29,884 nucleotides of DNA from a virus (Duplodnaviria; Caudoviricetes), in IMG/VR virus record IMGVR_UViG_3300034965_000040, positions 1-29,884 of that record; one strand, given 5' to 3'. The position numbers were made by a program, and so were the translations under genes. Below are positions 6,051 through 17,200 of this stretch, one piece after another. Position 1 is the stretch's first letter; each line of letters begins with the position of its first letter. Below the pieces are notes generated by a model. The model saw only the letters and a program-made list of their open reading frames with translations, did no database searches and was not told the DNA's origin.

Positions 6051-6490
6051 TTTGACACCTCCTGGGTAAGATTTTCGACCTTGTCGATGCTCTGGATTGG
6101 CGGGTCAGCCGGCCCCTGGAGCTTGGCCTGGAGCTTGGCCTGGATAGCCGAGGAGCCGAGCACCACAACACCTACGAGGCCGGCAATGACCGAGAGCAGG
6201 ACGACGAAGACCCAGGTGGGGTCAAACTCCTTCATCGAATCAATGCGGCGCACGATGGCCAAGGTGATCTTTGCATAGGACCAGCAGAGCACCGCCGCAC
6301 CCATGAAGTAGCCGGCGTTCTTCGAGGAGGCTTTGCCATCCGCGCCATTGAGCATTTCGCGAAGGTAGGCGATGAAGCCGCCCAGTTCCCCGCGGGCGTA
6401 GGCGATGCAGGCCACGATTCCCATGAAGATCCCCACCAGGACGCCAAAGTTCTGCGCCACCAGGTGAAGGAATTCCCGGAGGAAGGTCAT
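6047..6490 (-). CDS. Probable holin (3 TM segments)
   Basis: Three hydrophobic segments, hydrophilic C-tail, ATGA-coupled to the endolysin. Confidence 0.65.
   Translation of the reverse strand: MTFLREFLHLVAQNFGVLVGIFMGIVACIAYARGELGGFIAYLREMLNGADGKASSKNAGYFMGAAVLCWSYAKITLAIVRRIDSMKEFDPTWVFVVLLSVIAGLVGVVVLGSSAIQAKLQAKLQGPADPPIQSIDKVENLTQEVSK
6115..6144. repeat. 12-bp tandem repeat (2.5 copies) in the holin tail
   Basis: CCTGGAGCTTGG x2 + CCTGGA, encoding IQAKLQAKLQG. Confidence 0.8.
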
Positions 6491-7032
6491 ACCCCATAGG
6501 CCCGGAGAGCACGAGCGTAGTAGCGCTCACGCTCAGGGAGCCCGTTGGTGCCCCCGTTGATCTTTTTCGTAGCCCCGAGAATGTCCTTGCGATCCGCAAA
6601 CGCATTCAGCCCCTTGTCCTGCCAAAACCACGCGGCGGAACGCGCCCCGCTGATCACGTCAGTGGTCAACACGCGAGGGGTGTCCAGCAACCGCAGGTCG
6701 TGGAACAGCGCAAGCGAGCAACGGCGATGGTTTTCGTGGCCCGTGATTTGAATGGGGCCATGACCCTTGAACCTCTGCCCGTCCCCATCGGCCTCGGGGG
6801 TGTTTCCCAGCCGCGCCGCGAGTTTCCCCGTGTCGTAGGCCGCGCCCGTGGCCAACTCCTCCTGATAACGAAGCTCCCCGGATTCGTGTGCAAGCTGCGC
6901 AAGGAACATGGCCTGGCGCAAGGGAGTATCCACGTCGAACTCCTCCATGGCCGCGTTCAACGGCGCGAGCCAAGAGTCCCATCGCTTCTTCGCCAGCGGC
7001 ATGATCTGGGCGAACAACTCAAGCGTGAGCAT
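6487..7032 (-). CDS. Endolysin, glycoside hydrolase family 19
   Basis: FLAQLAHES, FKGHGPIQITGHEN, SAAWFW, INGGTNGL..R motifs. Confidence 0.95.
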   Translation of the reverse strand: MLTLELFAQIMPLAKKRWDSWLAPLNAAMEEFDVDTPLRQAMFLAQLAHESGELRYQEELATGAAYDTGKLAARLGNTPEADGDGQRFKGHGPIQITGHENHRRCSLALFHDLRLLDTPRVLTTDVISGARSAAWFWQDKGLNAFADRKDILGATKKINGGTNGLPERERYYARALRAYGV

Positions 7033-7034
7033 GA

Positions 7035-7337
7035 TCAGCCCTCCTCTATGTCGCCCTTACGCGAGTGCTTGAAATAAAGGCAATCCGGATTGGTGCAGCG
7101 CGGCTGGGCATTGAGCTGATCCAGCTCCCTTCGATGCTGCGCCATGCGCTCCGTGGACACTTCCTTGTGCGCTTCCAATTTCGCAACCACCGCCGTGAGC
7201 TGCGCGATGGTGGCGTTCAACTGGGAAATGGAAGTCAACAGCGAGGACATCCATACCCTCGCGAAAAATACCGCGACAAGTACCGCTCCAACCACACAAA
7301 AGATAATGAACGCGGTAACGAGAGCTTGATCAAGCAT
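7035..7337 (-). CDS. Single-TM plus coiled-coil lysis-region protein (holin/antiholin-like)
   Basis: Long N-terminal hydrophobic helix, heptad-like middle, directly upstream of the endolysin. Confidence 0.6.
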   Translation of the reverse strand: MLDQALVTAFIIFCVVGAVLVAVFFARVWMSSLLTSISQLNATIAQLTAVVAKLEAHKEVSTERMAQHRRELDQLNAQPRCTNPDCLYFKHSRKGDIEEG

Positions 7338-7358
7338 GCGGCACCTTTGGGTTTTTCG

Positions 7359-7387
7359 ATGATACCACGATTGTTCGTTGCCCTAAG
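7359..7387 (-). promoter_or_regulatory. Putative extended -10 promoter for the lysis cassette
   Basis: Minus strand TCGTGG-TATCAT (TGn + -10) in the AT-rich intergenic gap; -35 poor. Confidence 0.45.
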
Positions 7388-7398
7388 TATTTACTCCT

Positions 7399-8766
7399 TC
7401 AGCGGGTGCGGGGCCAAAGCTGGCCGCGGGTGCCCCTGCTGCACTGGACGGTGCGGGTCCTGGGCCAAAGCTGGCCCTTGACTGGCCTGCCATCCAGATA
7501 GCGCAGGAAGGTGTCATCTAGCCACAGCTCGGGCTTCACGCCCTCAATGTTCTCGATGTGAAGGATTTTCCCGCCGCCGACCAGCCGGGAGAAGATCGAA
7601 TATTTATGTGCGTGCGTTGTGTCGCTGGCCTTCACCACGAAAAAGCCGGTGTAGTCGAACGAGGAAGGAGTGGTGGCCAGAGTGCCATTGACTGTGGTGT
7701 AAATGAATCCCTCATTATTTCCCCACACTCCCACCAGGCGGTGAGCACTGTTAAGAGTGCTGACGCATGGCTGGACCGGAGCCTGCACAGAGGTGCCGTC
7801 CCAATAGCCATCGGTGATGGTCGCACCTGCTGCGGCATCGCTGACTGAGATAGCAGTAGCCACATCGTAGGTGATGGGGTAGTTGACCACACGGCCAAGG
7901 AACAGCGCGTGCTTGGCGCAGCCATCATAGGCAACGGGCCAAGCTATCTGGCTGTCGCTGCGCTTCCATAACTGAGAAGCGGCGCTGGGATGTTTCTGGC
8001 CGCCAGGGGTGATGCTGAGAGTCGTGTTCGTGTCAACGAAGGTGATGCCCATTCCGCAGTTGGTCGTGATGGTTTCACTTGAATGGACCTGGACCTGAAA
8101 GTGGGAGGCTCCGAACAGTGGAGGGGAATATGGGTCCGAGATGGCGATGTTCTTTTCTGCTACCCATTGGACATCGAATTTATAAGCATCAACAGTGGTT
8201 GATGGATGCTTAGGCGTGGCTCCATAGTAGCCCGTATAGTCAGATCCGTCGTAGCCAGCGGTGGTCCCGAGGACGTCCACGATGGCGCCGGCGTGGAGGT
8301 TCACGGTGTTGGTTGCTGTGCGCGAGAAAACGGAATTTCCAACCTCGTTGTAAAAGAAGTCGGAGTACTGTTTAGATTCAAGCACGGGATAGGTGGAATA
8401 GTAGCCAACGAACGCATTGATCGTTGTGTTGCCCGGATAAAGAATGGTCGAGTCGATCAGCGTGAATGAGCCCACCCCAGCGGTCACGCTGTCTAGACGG
8501 TAGAGCCTGGACTCCATATGCCCCATGGCCCACCCGTTGTACCCGATCAAGATGGCCATGATGAAAATGTTGTGGTCGTCAGAGTAGATCCAGGAAGGTG
8601 CCCCCATCTGCGCCACGATGGCGCTTGGAATCGAAGCCCAGTTCTGGAAGGTGTGGCTGACCCTGTCGCCCAATAACCTGCGCTTAATGTTGCCCGTGCC
8701 ACCAGCAACATTAAGCACCAGCGTGTGCAGGTAGCAGCCCAACCAGATGCCGGGAAGGCTGTTCAT
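7399..8766 (-). CDS. Putative tail-associated / receptor-binding protein (455 aa)
   Basis: ATGA-coupled to the fibre gene; beta-rich Tyr/Thr/Ser/Gly composition; no recognised catalytic motif. Confidence 0.6.
   Translation of the reverse strand: MNSLPGIWLGCYLHTLVLNVAGGTGNIKRRLLGDRVSHTFQNWASIPSAIVAQMGAPSWIYSDDHNIFIMAILIGYNGWAMGHMESRLYRLDSVTAGVGSFTLIDSTILYPGNTTINAFVGYYSTYPVLESKQYSDFFYNEVGNSVFSRTATNTVNLHAGAIVDVLGTTAGYDGSDYTGYYGATPKHPSTTVDAYKFDVQWVAEKNIAISDPYSPPLFGASHFQVQVHSSETITTNCGMGITFVDTNTTLSITPGGQKHPSAASQLWKRSDSQIAWPVAYDGCAKHALFLGRVVNYPITYDVATAISVSDAAAGATITDGYWDGTSVQAPVQPCVSTLNSAHRLVGVWGNNEGFIYTTVNGTLATTPSSFDYTGFFVVKASDTTHAHKYSIFSRLVGGGKILHIENIEGVKPELWLDDTFLRYLDGRPVKGQLWPRTRTVQCSRGTRGQLWPRTR
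7402..7476. repeat. 24-bp direct repeat (2 mismatches) encoding GQLWPRTR twice
   Basis: GCGGGTGCGGGGCCAAAGCTGGCC (7402-7425) and GCGGGTCCTGGGCCAAAGCTGGCC (7453-7476). Confidence 0.85.
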
Positions 8767-11078
8767 CGCGCAATCCTGAAGCCTCTGGTGTCGGCGTAGA
8801 ATGTTTGCCCCGTGCCAACCGTGAACCTAATCATATATGACATATTGGTGCTGCCTGGCATTCGTTTAAGGAATACATTGGGAAGATAGAAATACTGGGT
8901 GGCCGATAGTGCATTCCCAATTGCGCCAAAGCTCTCGGCTGTCGTTTCTGGGAAAGATGCAGTTGCATCCATCTCGGCACCGATGCCCCATGCCGAGAGG
9001 GTGTTGGATGGGAGCCCAATAACAGAAGTGATTGCAATGTGGGTGCATTGGTCGCCACAGATCACCCCCGCAGCGCTGAAGTTGGTAGGGGTTGTTGCTG
9101 TGCCGCCCGATACAATTCTAAACGGTGCTGATCCGCTCGCTGTGACCCAATTCGTGTCAACCGTATTGCCAGAAATCGAGGACCTGAATTTATAGATATT
9201 TCCAGACGCATCGGTGAGCGCACTAAACAGATAACGCCTTGAGGTGTCTCCCGTCTTGGAACGGGCACTCCCGGAAAAGGCTGCGCCTGGCCCAGTGGAA
9301 CTGCTTTCCACAGCCCCTGCTGCGGTGAGGTAGAAGTGGATCCACGTAGAGGTTGGGCCTGACAACCCCGTGAGTGTTGCGGTGGCGGCGAGGGCAACGG
9401 CCGTCCCGGTGGACTGAATAACGGCTGATCCAACAGAGATCGAGATGCTCGATGCACTGACCCAGGTTGGCAAGAGACCGCTGATATAATCGGGAGGAGC
9501 GCTTCCACTTCCAGCGGGTCCCGTTGCGCCAGTCGCACCGGTTGCCCCAGCCGGTCCAGTTGCTCCAGCCGGTCCAGTTGCTCCAGCCGGCCCTGTCAAT
9601 CCAGTTGGTCCAGTTGCGCCCGTCGGCCCTGTCAACCCTGTGGGCCCCGTTGCTCCCGTTGCGCCCGTAGGCCCCGTTGTCCCCATCGCTCCGGTCGGCC
9701 CCATGGGACCGCTGGGATCTACCAACTCCTGCGGAAGAATTGTGAAATCGAGGTCAATCGTCCCGGAATAACTCGACTCCATATTGGTGATTGCTAGATA
9801 CGCGGTTTTCCCAAGAACCGTGTCCTCGTTATTAAAGAGAGGCGCGGGGCTCCAGGAGAGCGATAGGTTCCCGGTGTACGGATAAATCTCGCCCATGATG
9901 CCAGAGCTTGTAGCAGGGTCCTGGTCGATGGTTCGGGCAGCGTCCGCCGTTCGGGCCGCGGCCGATGAGTAGACAATGATCCAGCAAGCCTTCGAGGCCG
10001 TGACGGCAACAAGATCGCAGGTCTCAGAAAACTGCAGATCAAGCGTTACCCTCGCGCCGGGGGCTGCGGTGGGGGTCGTTCCAAGGACATGGACCCGCCC
10101 CATGCCGCCACCGCCGCCGCCCGGCGATTCCCAGGTTCTATTGCCCGCCCCGTCGTCCTGAAAAACCTTTACGGCTCCGCTTGTATTCTCTGGAAGTGCG
10201 GCGATATATTCCGAAGTCACTCGATGAACACCCGCAGTGCCCAGGGCCGAGGTGGTGTCGTAGACCAGTTTGAAAATGCCACCATCCGGCGATCCGAAGC
10301 TGTCTCCCACCTGGAACCTGGTGCCGTAGTCCTCAAAACCAGGCAGAAGCTGGAGCATGAACTTAGTGGCCGGATTGACCACCGAAGCCACGACTTTGCA
10401 GATGGTGGGCACGGTATGGCCATCTCCGGCCACGCCGAAGTAGGTCACCGCAGGGTTCCACCACTCACACATGACGAGGATCGAACCCAGAACTCCCTTC
10501 GCGCCGAAGAACCCGGTCAACTGAGCCGCCGTGAACTCGGTCTCCATGGCGGTGCCCACGCCCGCGACCCCCAGGTACCAGATGTGGCCGCTGATGCCAT
10601 CCGCGGGAATCGTGTTGGCGACTGCGCGAACGGGAGGGGCGGGGATCAGCACGGGAGCGTTGGGTGTGGTGATGCTGATGGTGGGATAGTTCACTTCCCC
10701 TGACCCGTCAGCCATCGAAGAGACGAGGTAGAATTGATGCGTCGCGTTGGGCAACGCGGGGATGAGCGTGTAGTCGATCCGGGTTACAGCTCCTAGTGCG
10801 ATAGCCTCCCAAGTGAGCGTGGTCGGCGCGCTCCCCACGTAGGCGACATGCTTCAACGTCCAATTCGCCGCGGGCACGCTATCCAAACTGGTGATCCGAA
10901 TTCCTGCTCTTTCGGCCACGATGCCCAATGGATACGCCAACACCGCCTGGATGAGCGGGCTGACTGCCGTTCCAAAATCAGGAATCGGATAAGCCTGCGC
11001 AACTTTGGGCAAAGGTCGCTTGCTGACCTCGATGTCCAGCCGCAAGCCCCATTTGGTCCATGTCGATTTGCTTGACAT
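8763..11078 (-). CDS. Modular tail fibre with collagen-like segment
   Basis: Position after the tail tip genes; Gly linker, 22 G-X-Y triplets, Ser/Thr/Gly-rich distal domain. Confidence 0.8.
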   Translation of the reverse strand: MSSKSTWTKWGLRLDIEVSKRPLPKVAQAYPIPDFGTAVSPLIQAVLAYPLGIVAERAGIRITSLDSVPAANWTLKHVAYVGSAPTTLTWEAIALGAVTRIDYTLIPALPNATHQFYLVSSMADGSGEVNYPTISITTPNAPVLIPAPPVRAVANTIPADGISGHIWYLGVAGVGTAMETEFTAAQLTGFFGAKGVLGSILVMCEWWNPAVTYFGVAGDGHTVPTICKVVASVVNPATKFMLQLLPGFEDYGTRFQVGDSFGSPDGGIFKLVYDTTSALGTAGVHRVTSEYIAALPENTSGAVKVFQDDGAGNRTWESPGGGGGGMGRVHVLGTTPTAAPGARVTLDLQFSETCDLVAVTASKACWIIVYSSAAARTADAARTIDQDPATSSGIMGEIYPYTGNLSLSWSPAPLFNNEDTVLGKTAYLAITNMESSYSGTIDLDFTILPQELVDPSGPMGPTGAMGTTGPTGATGATGPTGLTGPTGATGPTGLTGPAGATGPAGATGPAGATGATGATGPAGSGSAPPDYISGLLPTWVSASSISISVGSAVIQSTGTAVALAATATLTGLSGPTSTWIHFYLTAAGAVESSSTGPGAAFSGSARSKTGDTSRRYLFSALTDASGNIYKFRSSISGNTVDTNWVTASGSAPFRIVSGGTATTPTNFSAAGVICGDQCTHIAITSVIGLPSNTLSAWGIGAEMDATASFPETTAESFGAIGNALSATQYFYLPNVFLKRMPGSTNMSYMIRFTVGTGQTFYADTRGFRIAR
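9513..9710 (-). repeat. Collagen-like (G-X-T/A) repeat, 22 triplets
   Basis: [21 protein letters not shown]...GPA; includes the exact 18-bp tandem CCAGCCGGTCCAGTTGCT at 9547-9590. Confidence 0.95.
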
Positions 11079-11569
11079 CAGAAGTCCGGCAAAATGGGCT
11101 GCGTGAGAACCGCGCGGCCCGTGAACTCGACATTGACGTCGCCCCCCAGGCCGGAGAGCACCGGCTTGTAGTCCGGCTCCTTCGTCACCAACGCCTGAAA
11201 CCCTTTTCGGCTCCCCGCAGGCGCAGCGGGTCCGGGGCTCACTCGTAGACGGCCAGGGGCAAGGGCCAATACCTCTTGCAGATCAGTCAACGTGAGCATC
11301 TGCCCATCCGCCTGCCCTCGGGTGATCCCGTAGTTCGATAGGTCGTTGTAGATTTTCCACTTCAGGTTCATGACCGGTGTGTACCCGATCACCCGCATGC
11401 GTTCGGCCCCGTCCACCAATTCCTGGCGCACGTCCTTCTTCTTCCACGCCACCAGCGTCTCCCCCGGCTGATCGACGGGAGGAAGGTAGAGCGTGCGCTG
11501 AAGCGTGGTCTGTGTGACATCGCTGTAGACCTTGATCATCGGGAACCCGTAGCTCCAGGGCAGACTCAC
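11078..11569 (-). CDS. Tail tip protein (possibly Dit-like, 163 aa)
   Basis: GTGA-coupled; size and beta-rich pattern; position in the tail module. Family not recognised with certainty. Confidence 0.55.
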   Translation of the reverse strand: MSLPWSYGFPMIKVYSDVTQTTLQRTLYLPPVDQPGETLVAWKKKDVRQELVDGAERMRVIGYTPVMNLKWKIYNDLSNYGITRGQADGQMLTLTDLQEVLALAPGRLRVSPGPAAPAGSRKGFQALVTKEPDYKPVLSGLGGDVNVEFTGRAVLTQPILPDF

Positions 11570-14217
11570 AGTGCCTCCAAGAGTTTCGCGGTCGCTTCGC
11601 CCGAGATCACGTCGTATTCTAACCCAGTCAGGATCTGATTGCTACCCCCGTTGATCGTGAGCGTGGCCCAGGGGAGCAGCGACTCCCATGGGGCTGCTGC
11701 GTCCGCGTCCTCATGGAACCACTTCTGGGCCTCCTCCTCGCGGGGAACGCCATGGAACTGCGCGTAGGCACTGGCCAAGGCGAAACAACCACCTTCCGTC
11801 CAGATCAGCGGCATGTTGGACAGCTCGAAACCCGTGCCGCCTTTCCACGCGCCAAGCACGTCCGCGTAGGTGTCGTTCTCACCGCTCACCCGCACGACTG
11901 AGAAGAAGTATTTGCTGCGCTTCATCTGCGTGACCGACACACGATCCACGGTCAACGCCACCGGAGCCACCGCCACCCGGCTGATGATCTGAATTGTCCC
12001 GGTCGGCGTGGCCGCAGCTACGGCACACATGGCCTGAGCGATATGCTCAATCAGTTCTGCGCCAGTCATCCCGTAGGCCCGCACACGCTCAATGGTCGAA
12101 GGCAGCTTTGCAGCGACCTGGAAAAAACGACCCCCCAGCATGCCCACAACGCGATTCGCACTGGGGTCCTTTACCGCCATGATCAACCGAGGAGCGCCTT
12201 TGCTCACCATTTCGCTGCTGAGTATCGGCGATACTTCCCCCGTGGGATCCGGCGTTGTCGAAAGCTGAAGCAAATGAATCTCCGTCTGCTGCTTCCCTTC
12301 CTTGTCGAGTTGGTTGAACTGCGCAAAACACCACACCGCCGAATTGTCGATGGCCGCAAACGTGCTCGGAAGCAGCACCGCCTGGCCCGCACCGCGCACC
12401 GAAGCCCACGCCAACGTGAGCACCCCCGCGGCGTAGGTGATTCGCCCATAGCCCCCCGGCCCCAGGAGGAAGGCACCCCACGGCGTAACCCGGAGCTGAG
12501 CGCCAACCAATGCGGAATCCAGCGCCAGCCGAACCGTCGCGCCCGCAAAGGCCAGTTGCAGCTCCCAGGCGACCCCGTTGTTGCACACCGCCAGGATGGC
12601 CTGCCCCTGGGGCGCTACGGGGCCTGTGGTGGCCGCCACGCCCGGCATGGGCACTGCGCAAGCCCACTTCCACCCGGCCACCGGCCACGCTACCGTCGAG
12701 CCCCCCGACCACGCACTTCCGGACCACCGCTGCTCAAGCACGTTACCCGTGGTATTGGTCATCTTCAATCGGCGAAGCTGATTGTAATCATGGCACAAGA
12801 CCACCGCGGGAAGCTGCGCAGGCGTGTAAACCGGTTCGATAGACCCCCATCCCGCGTCCAGATACTCCGCGCGAACGTATTTCCACTCGTAGAATCCCCG
12901 ATTGCGCGGTCCGGTGTTCGGGGCTAACGCAGGAGTTTCATCCGGCAACAGCACGGCAGGGGCGGAGGTGAGCTGCGCGGTCCACGGCACGTTGCGCACG
13001 GCCCCGGAACTCACGGTCCAGCCAGCGTCGGGCGTGCCGGTCCAGGAGGCGTCCGCCGTGCCCCAGATGCGCAGGGCCGCGAGCGTGGGTTCCACGTCGC
13101 GGGCACCGTTGAGATCGCGACCGTCGATACGGAGAGGGAGCCAGGCCAAGATCGGACGAGAGAGCGTGGGGGCCACGAAACGGGTCAAGTCCATCGCATA
13201 GGGCATTGCCGCACGAGCGAGCAACGTGCCCGCTTCCTCGTAGACCAATGTTTCCCTGCTGTCCGCACTGAGATACAGCTTCTGGCCAAGCCCCGCCGAG
13301 GCGGTGATGGGCTCAAGGCTGATCACCTCGCTCCGTTCGCTGTCCACGTCGTTTATGTTGATCTCTCCCCCGCTTGACGTGACCAGCACGTCGCCAGGAG
13401 TAAGTTGCTCCGTGGTGTCCAGCTTCGCCACATAGATGGGGCTTGAGTCCAACGGATTTTCCTCGCCAGGGACAATGCCCTCCGGGGCCAAGTAGTAGTG
13501 CTGATCCACAAGCGTGTCTAGGCTCGCGTCCCTCGTAAACGTCCACGGAGAAGCATAGCCCTCGCCCGTGAACCCAGGAAGATTGAAAATAAACCCGTTC
13601 CCCCCCAGAGTGGAAGGATACTTGAACAGCCCAGCAATTTTAAAGCCCGTGCCCGTTGGCCCATGACGAATCGTGTCGCCTTCTTGAAGGTCCAGCGTAG
13701 CGCCAGGGTCCTGGACAACCAAGTTCTCTGGATTATCCGGCACCCAGCCCGACATCACGTTGAACACGGCAGCCGAAAACGGTCCCGCAAACCCTCGGCT
13801 CCCCGCGCCATCCCGCGGAAATGCGCGTTCCCACAACGGGCCGTCCAGCACTTTGTCCTTCAGCAAAGCGCTCCAGTCCTGCGCGGTGAATTGAATGGTG
13901 CGCGTCTTCAAGTCCCGCGATACCGCAGACACGTCCAGGACCCCGGTGAACTTCACCGTACCGCCCACGGTGAGCACGATCCACGGGGGGAACTGCTGGT
14001 TAACGCCCGTGTTGATCTGGGTATCCAGCCACGACCAAATAGCCTCGTCTTCGTCCCACACTTTCACCGTGAGCGTGCCGGGGGAAAACTTGGAATACTC
14101 CTCATCCAGCGACCATGCGAGCTTGCCCAGATCCGCAATCTTGCCCGTTACCGATGACGAAGCGCCAACGCCGCCTGCTCCGTCATTCGCATACAGCGTT
14201 ACCGCGATAGCCCTCAC
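11566..14217 (-). CDS. Large tail tip / hub protein (883 aa)
   Basis: GTG at 14217 overlaps the tape measure TGA, GGAGG SD. N-terminus (LTVKVWDED..VKFTGVLD..IQFTAQDWSALLK) resembles tail hub proteins. Confidence 0.7.
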   Translation of the reverse strand: MRAIAVTLYANDGAGGVGASSSVTGKIADLGKLAWSLDEEYSKFSPGTLTVKVWDEDEAIWSWLDTQINTGVNQQFPPWIVLTVGGTVKFTGVLDVSAVSRDLKTRTIQFTAQDWSALLKDKVLDGPLWERAFPRDGAGSRGFAGPFSAAVFNVMSGWVPDNPENLVVQDPGATLDLQEGDTIRHGPTGTGFKIAGLFKYPSTLGGNGFIFNLPGFTGEGYASPWTFTRDASLDTLVDQHYYLAPEGIVPGEENPLDSSPIYVAKLDTTEQLTPGDVLVTSSGGEININDVDSERSEVISLEPITASAGLGQKLYLSADSRETLVYEEAGTLLARAAMPYAMDLTRFVAPTLSRPILAWLPLRIDGRDLNGARDVEPTLAALRIWGTADASWTGTPDAGWTVSSGAVRNVPWTAQLTSAPAVLLPDETPALAPNTGPRNRGFYEWKYVRAEYLDAGWGSIEPVYTPAQLPAVVLCHDYNQLRRLKMTNTTGNVLEQRWSGSAWSGGSTVAWPVAGWKWACAVPMPGVAATTGPVAPQGQAILAVCNNGVAWELQLAFAGATVRLALDSALVGAQLRVTPWGAFLLGPGGYGRITYAAGVLTLAWASVRGAGQAVLLPSTFAAIDNSAVWCFAQFNQLDKEGKQQTEIHLLQLSTTPDPTGEVSPILSSEMVSKGAPRLIMAVKDPSANRVVGMLGGRFFQVAAKLPSTIERVRAYGMTGAELIEHIAQAMCAVAAATPTGTIQIISRVAVAPVALTVDRVSVTQMKRSKYFFSVVRVSGENDTYADVLGAWKGGTGFELSNMPLIWTEGGCFALASAYAQFHGVPREEEAQKWFHEDADAAAPWESLLPWATLTINGGSNQILTGLEYDVISGEATAKLLEAL

Positions 14218-17200
14218 GCCTTCCTCCGCTGTCGCTCGTCCAGCACGCCCCACACCTTGTCCCCGATGATCCTGGCGGACTCCGCCGATTCACCCAGGAC
14301 GTGGCCGAAATAGAACTGCATGGGCGGGAGGGGCGCGCCGCCGGCCGCAGCCGGAGCCTCGCGTTCCTGGCGCAAGAGGTTCTGCGCAAAGTTACCCGCC
14401 CAGCTCATGAAGCTCACTTCGGGCACGGCCAACTCCCGCTGCATGCCTTCGCCCATGACCGTGAGCGTAGGTTTATCGAACCATGCCCCGTTGGCCGCAC
14501 CCGTGGCAGATGAGAAATCGTTCGGGTCCGCGGCCCCGCTGTAAGACACCGCCGCCGCGCTGCCCAGCATGCCCGCCGCGGCTACCGAAATGCCCATCGC
14601 CACGATCTGCGCCTCCGCCAGCCCCGCGCCGATGAACGGTATCCACCCGTAGGCGGCCCACGCTCCCGCAGCCCCCTCCGTCAGATACGCCGCCGTTTTC
14701 GCTCCGCTTTGGGCCAAGGCCGTCTTCGTTACCGCAGACCCGACCAAAGCGGTCATGAGCCAATTCGCGGCCATGGTTGCCCCGGCCTGAATGACCACCC
14801 CCACAAGGCCTTTCCACAGGGCGTCCCACTTCTGCGCGCCGGTCTGACCCGACTTGAAGATCGAGGCAAAAAACGAAGTGAACGCTTGCTGCGTGCCATT
14901 CAGCATCGTCGTGGCGAGCGTCTTGAACTGCGCGAATGAATCAGTGGCCTGCGTGAGCCAGGAGGTGATGCCCTCGCGCCATCCGCCAAGCCAATCCGCC
15001 CGCTTGTCCACGTTGACCTGAAGCGCGGCGGTCATGCGGTCAATGGCCGCAGCGGCAAACCCATTGGCTTCGGCCCACGCCTTCATGGCCACAATTTCCT
15101 CTTCCGGCGTCATCTCCCGCCGAAGTTTCTTCTCCATGGCCCAGGATTTTTCCAACCGCTCGAAATCCTTCAACTGCGTCTGCGCCTTCGTATCGGAAAG
15201 CATTTTGTTCCATGCGATCTGTTCCTCGGCGGACAGCTTGTAGCTGCCCTTGACCAGGCCATTGGCCTCTTCGTGCATGGCAATGGCCTTCGCCAACGCC
15301 TGCTTCAGCGACTTCTCCTTTTTGTCCCACCCTTCGTCCGTGATGATCCCCAGCTTGGTTTGGAAATTCGCCTCCTCGGTTTCCATCTTCTCCGCAAACT
15401 CCTCGCGGATTCGCAACACCACGTTGGCAGAATCCTTCTCCAACTGATCCTTTGCCTTGTCCTTTTCGGCCTTCGGCATGAGCTTCATCGCATCGATTCT
15501 GCGCAGCTCATCCGCCAGCTTCTTTTCTTCCCTGCGGACAGCCAGAATCTTCTGCTCCTCCAGGCTTTTCCTTTCCAACAGGCGGAGGGCGGAGGCTTCG
15601 AGAATGGACGCTAGTTCGCGCTGCTCGTTCTCCTTCTGATGGATCTTGGCCAGCTCCGCTTCCGTGAGGGCTCGCTTGTTCGGAATGAGGTTGATCTTAT
15701 CCGCGTCGATAGGCTTATTCAGGTCGGAGAGCTGCTTATTCACTTGCTCAAGCTCTTGCGCCGCGCGCTTGGCCTGGAGTTCCATTTTTGCCAGCCCCGC
15801 CTCCCACCCTTGGCTGCTCCCCGACATATCCAATTGCGGGCCACCGGCTACTTCCGCGCCGATTTCCGCGTTCTTCGTGGCCAGCGTCGTCTCAAGCAAG
15901 TCCCGCTTCGTCCGAAGCGAATCAATCAGCCCCTTGTTCTCCGCGCCAAGCAGATCCACCACAGCCTTGCGGCCCAGCGTTTCGTCGTGCAGGACCGCCG
16001 CCAACTCAGGGAACGCCTGGCTCAGCGCCTTGCGCGTATCGGCGAGCCGGGCATACTCCTCCTCCAAATCTTCGGTGGGCTTCTTGCTCGCCTTGATGGC
16101 ATCGAGCTGAGCAAGATAGTCCTTCGCCATGCGCTGATACTCGCTCACACGACTGGCGTTTTCCTTGTTCCGCTCCATCTTCGCTTTGTGCGCACGCTCC
16201 TCGGCCCCCGCAAGATAGATCACGGCGACTGCGAGCGCGGCGATGGCTGCCGTGACCAGCACTACCGGGTTGAACATCCCCACGATGCCCGCGGTGTAGC
16301 TGCTCAAGCTGGACGAGGCTTTCGCAGCGCCCATACCCAACCCCATGACAGCATCGGACGATGCGGCCAACGCAACGGTGGCCGCGGCCTGCGTGGCCGC
16401 CATGCCCTTTACCACGCCCACAAATACCAGCGCGGTGATCGCTGCAGCACGGAACCCTTCGCTCGTGGTCCCCAGCCAAGCGGCCAAATCGGCGAACAGC
16501 TTCACCACGACCACCAGCAACGACCACAAGCCACTCAGCACCCCGCCAATGAGCCCCTTCAGCGTCTCGATGAACCCATTCACTCCATTCCGATTCGCCA
16601 CCCACCAATCCGCAAGATCCCGCAAAAGCTGAATCGAAAAATTGAGCGCGGCCACCAGAGCCTGGCCAAAATACTTCGCCAGATCCTGGCCCATCGCCAC
16701 GATGTTGGCCATTTCCTTCGAGATGTTCGCCGTCTTCACGTCCACGATGGTCATCAGCACGTCATTCAGCGCAGCCTTCAGCTCACCAAACGGATTGCGC
16801 ATGATGTCGCCCATGAGGATCTGCGTGGCCTCCTGGATGTTGCTCAGAATCACGGTCCAATTGTTCATGGACTCTTTGCCCGCTTCCGTGAACGCTCCCA
16901 TCTTCTTGTTCAGGTTTTCGAACAGCGTGCCCGCGTTCCGCCACTGCGTCACTTCCGCGTTCGTGATGCCCAGTCGGATGGCCACACGCGAATTGCGGTC
17001 GATGGTGCCATCCAGGATCGAGCGGATTTCCTGGTTCAACTGGTTCATGGGCACGCCCATTGCGCCAGCCGCCTGGACCGTCTGGACCGTGAGCACGCGA
17101 ATCTGATCCAGGCTCATGCCCGCCCGCAAACCGCCGCCCACCGCGTCCTGATAGGCCGACACGAGCTGTTCCGTCGTCGCTGCAGTCTGAAGGCCCGAGA

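Noticed and set aside
5338-6171. Nested o-spanin in alternative frames (5338..5595, 5647..6171)
   Set aside because: Neither has a signal peptide with a lipobox.
7399-11078. Diversity-generating retroelement or invertible fibre cassette
   Set aside because: No reverse transcriptase, invertase, long TR/VR pair or flanking inverted repeats seen.
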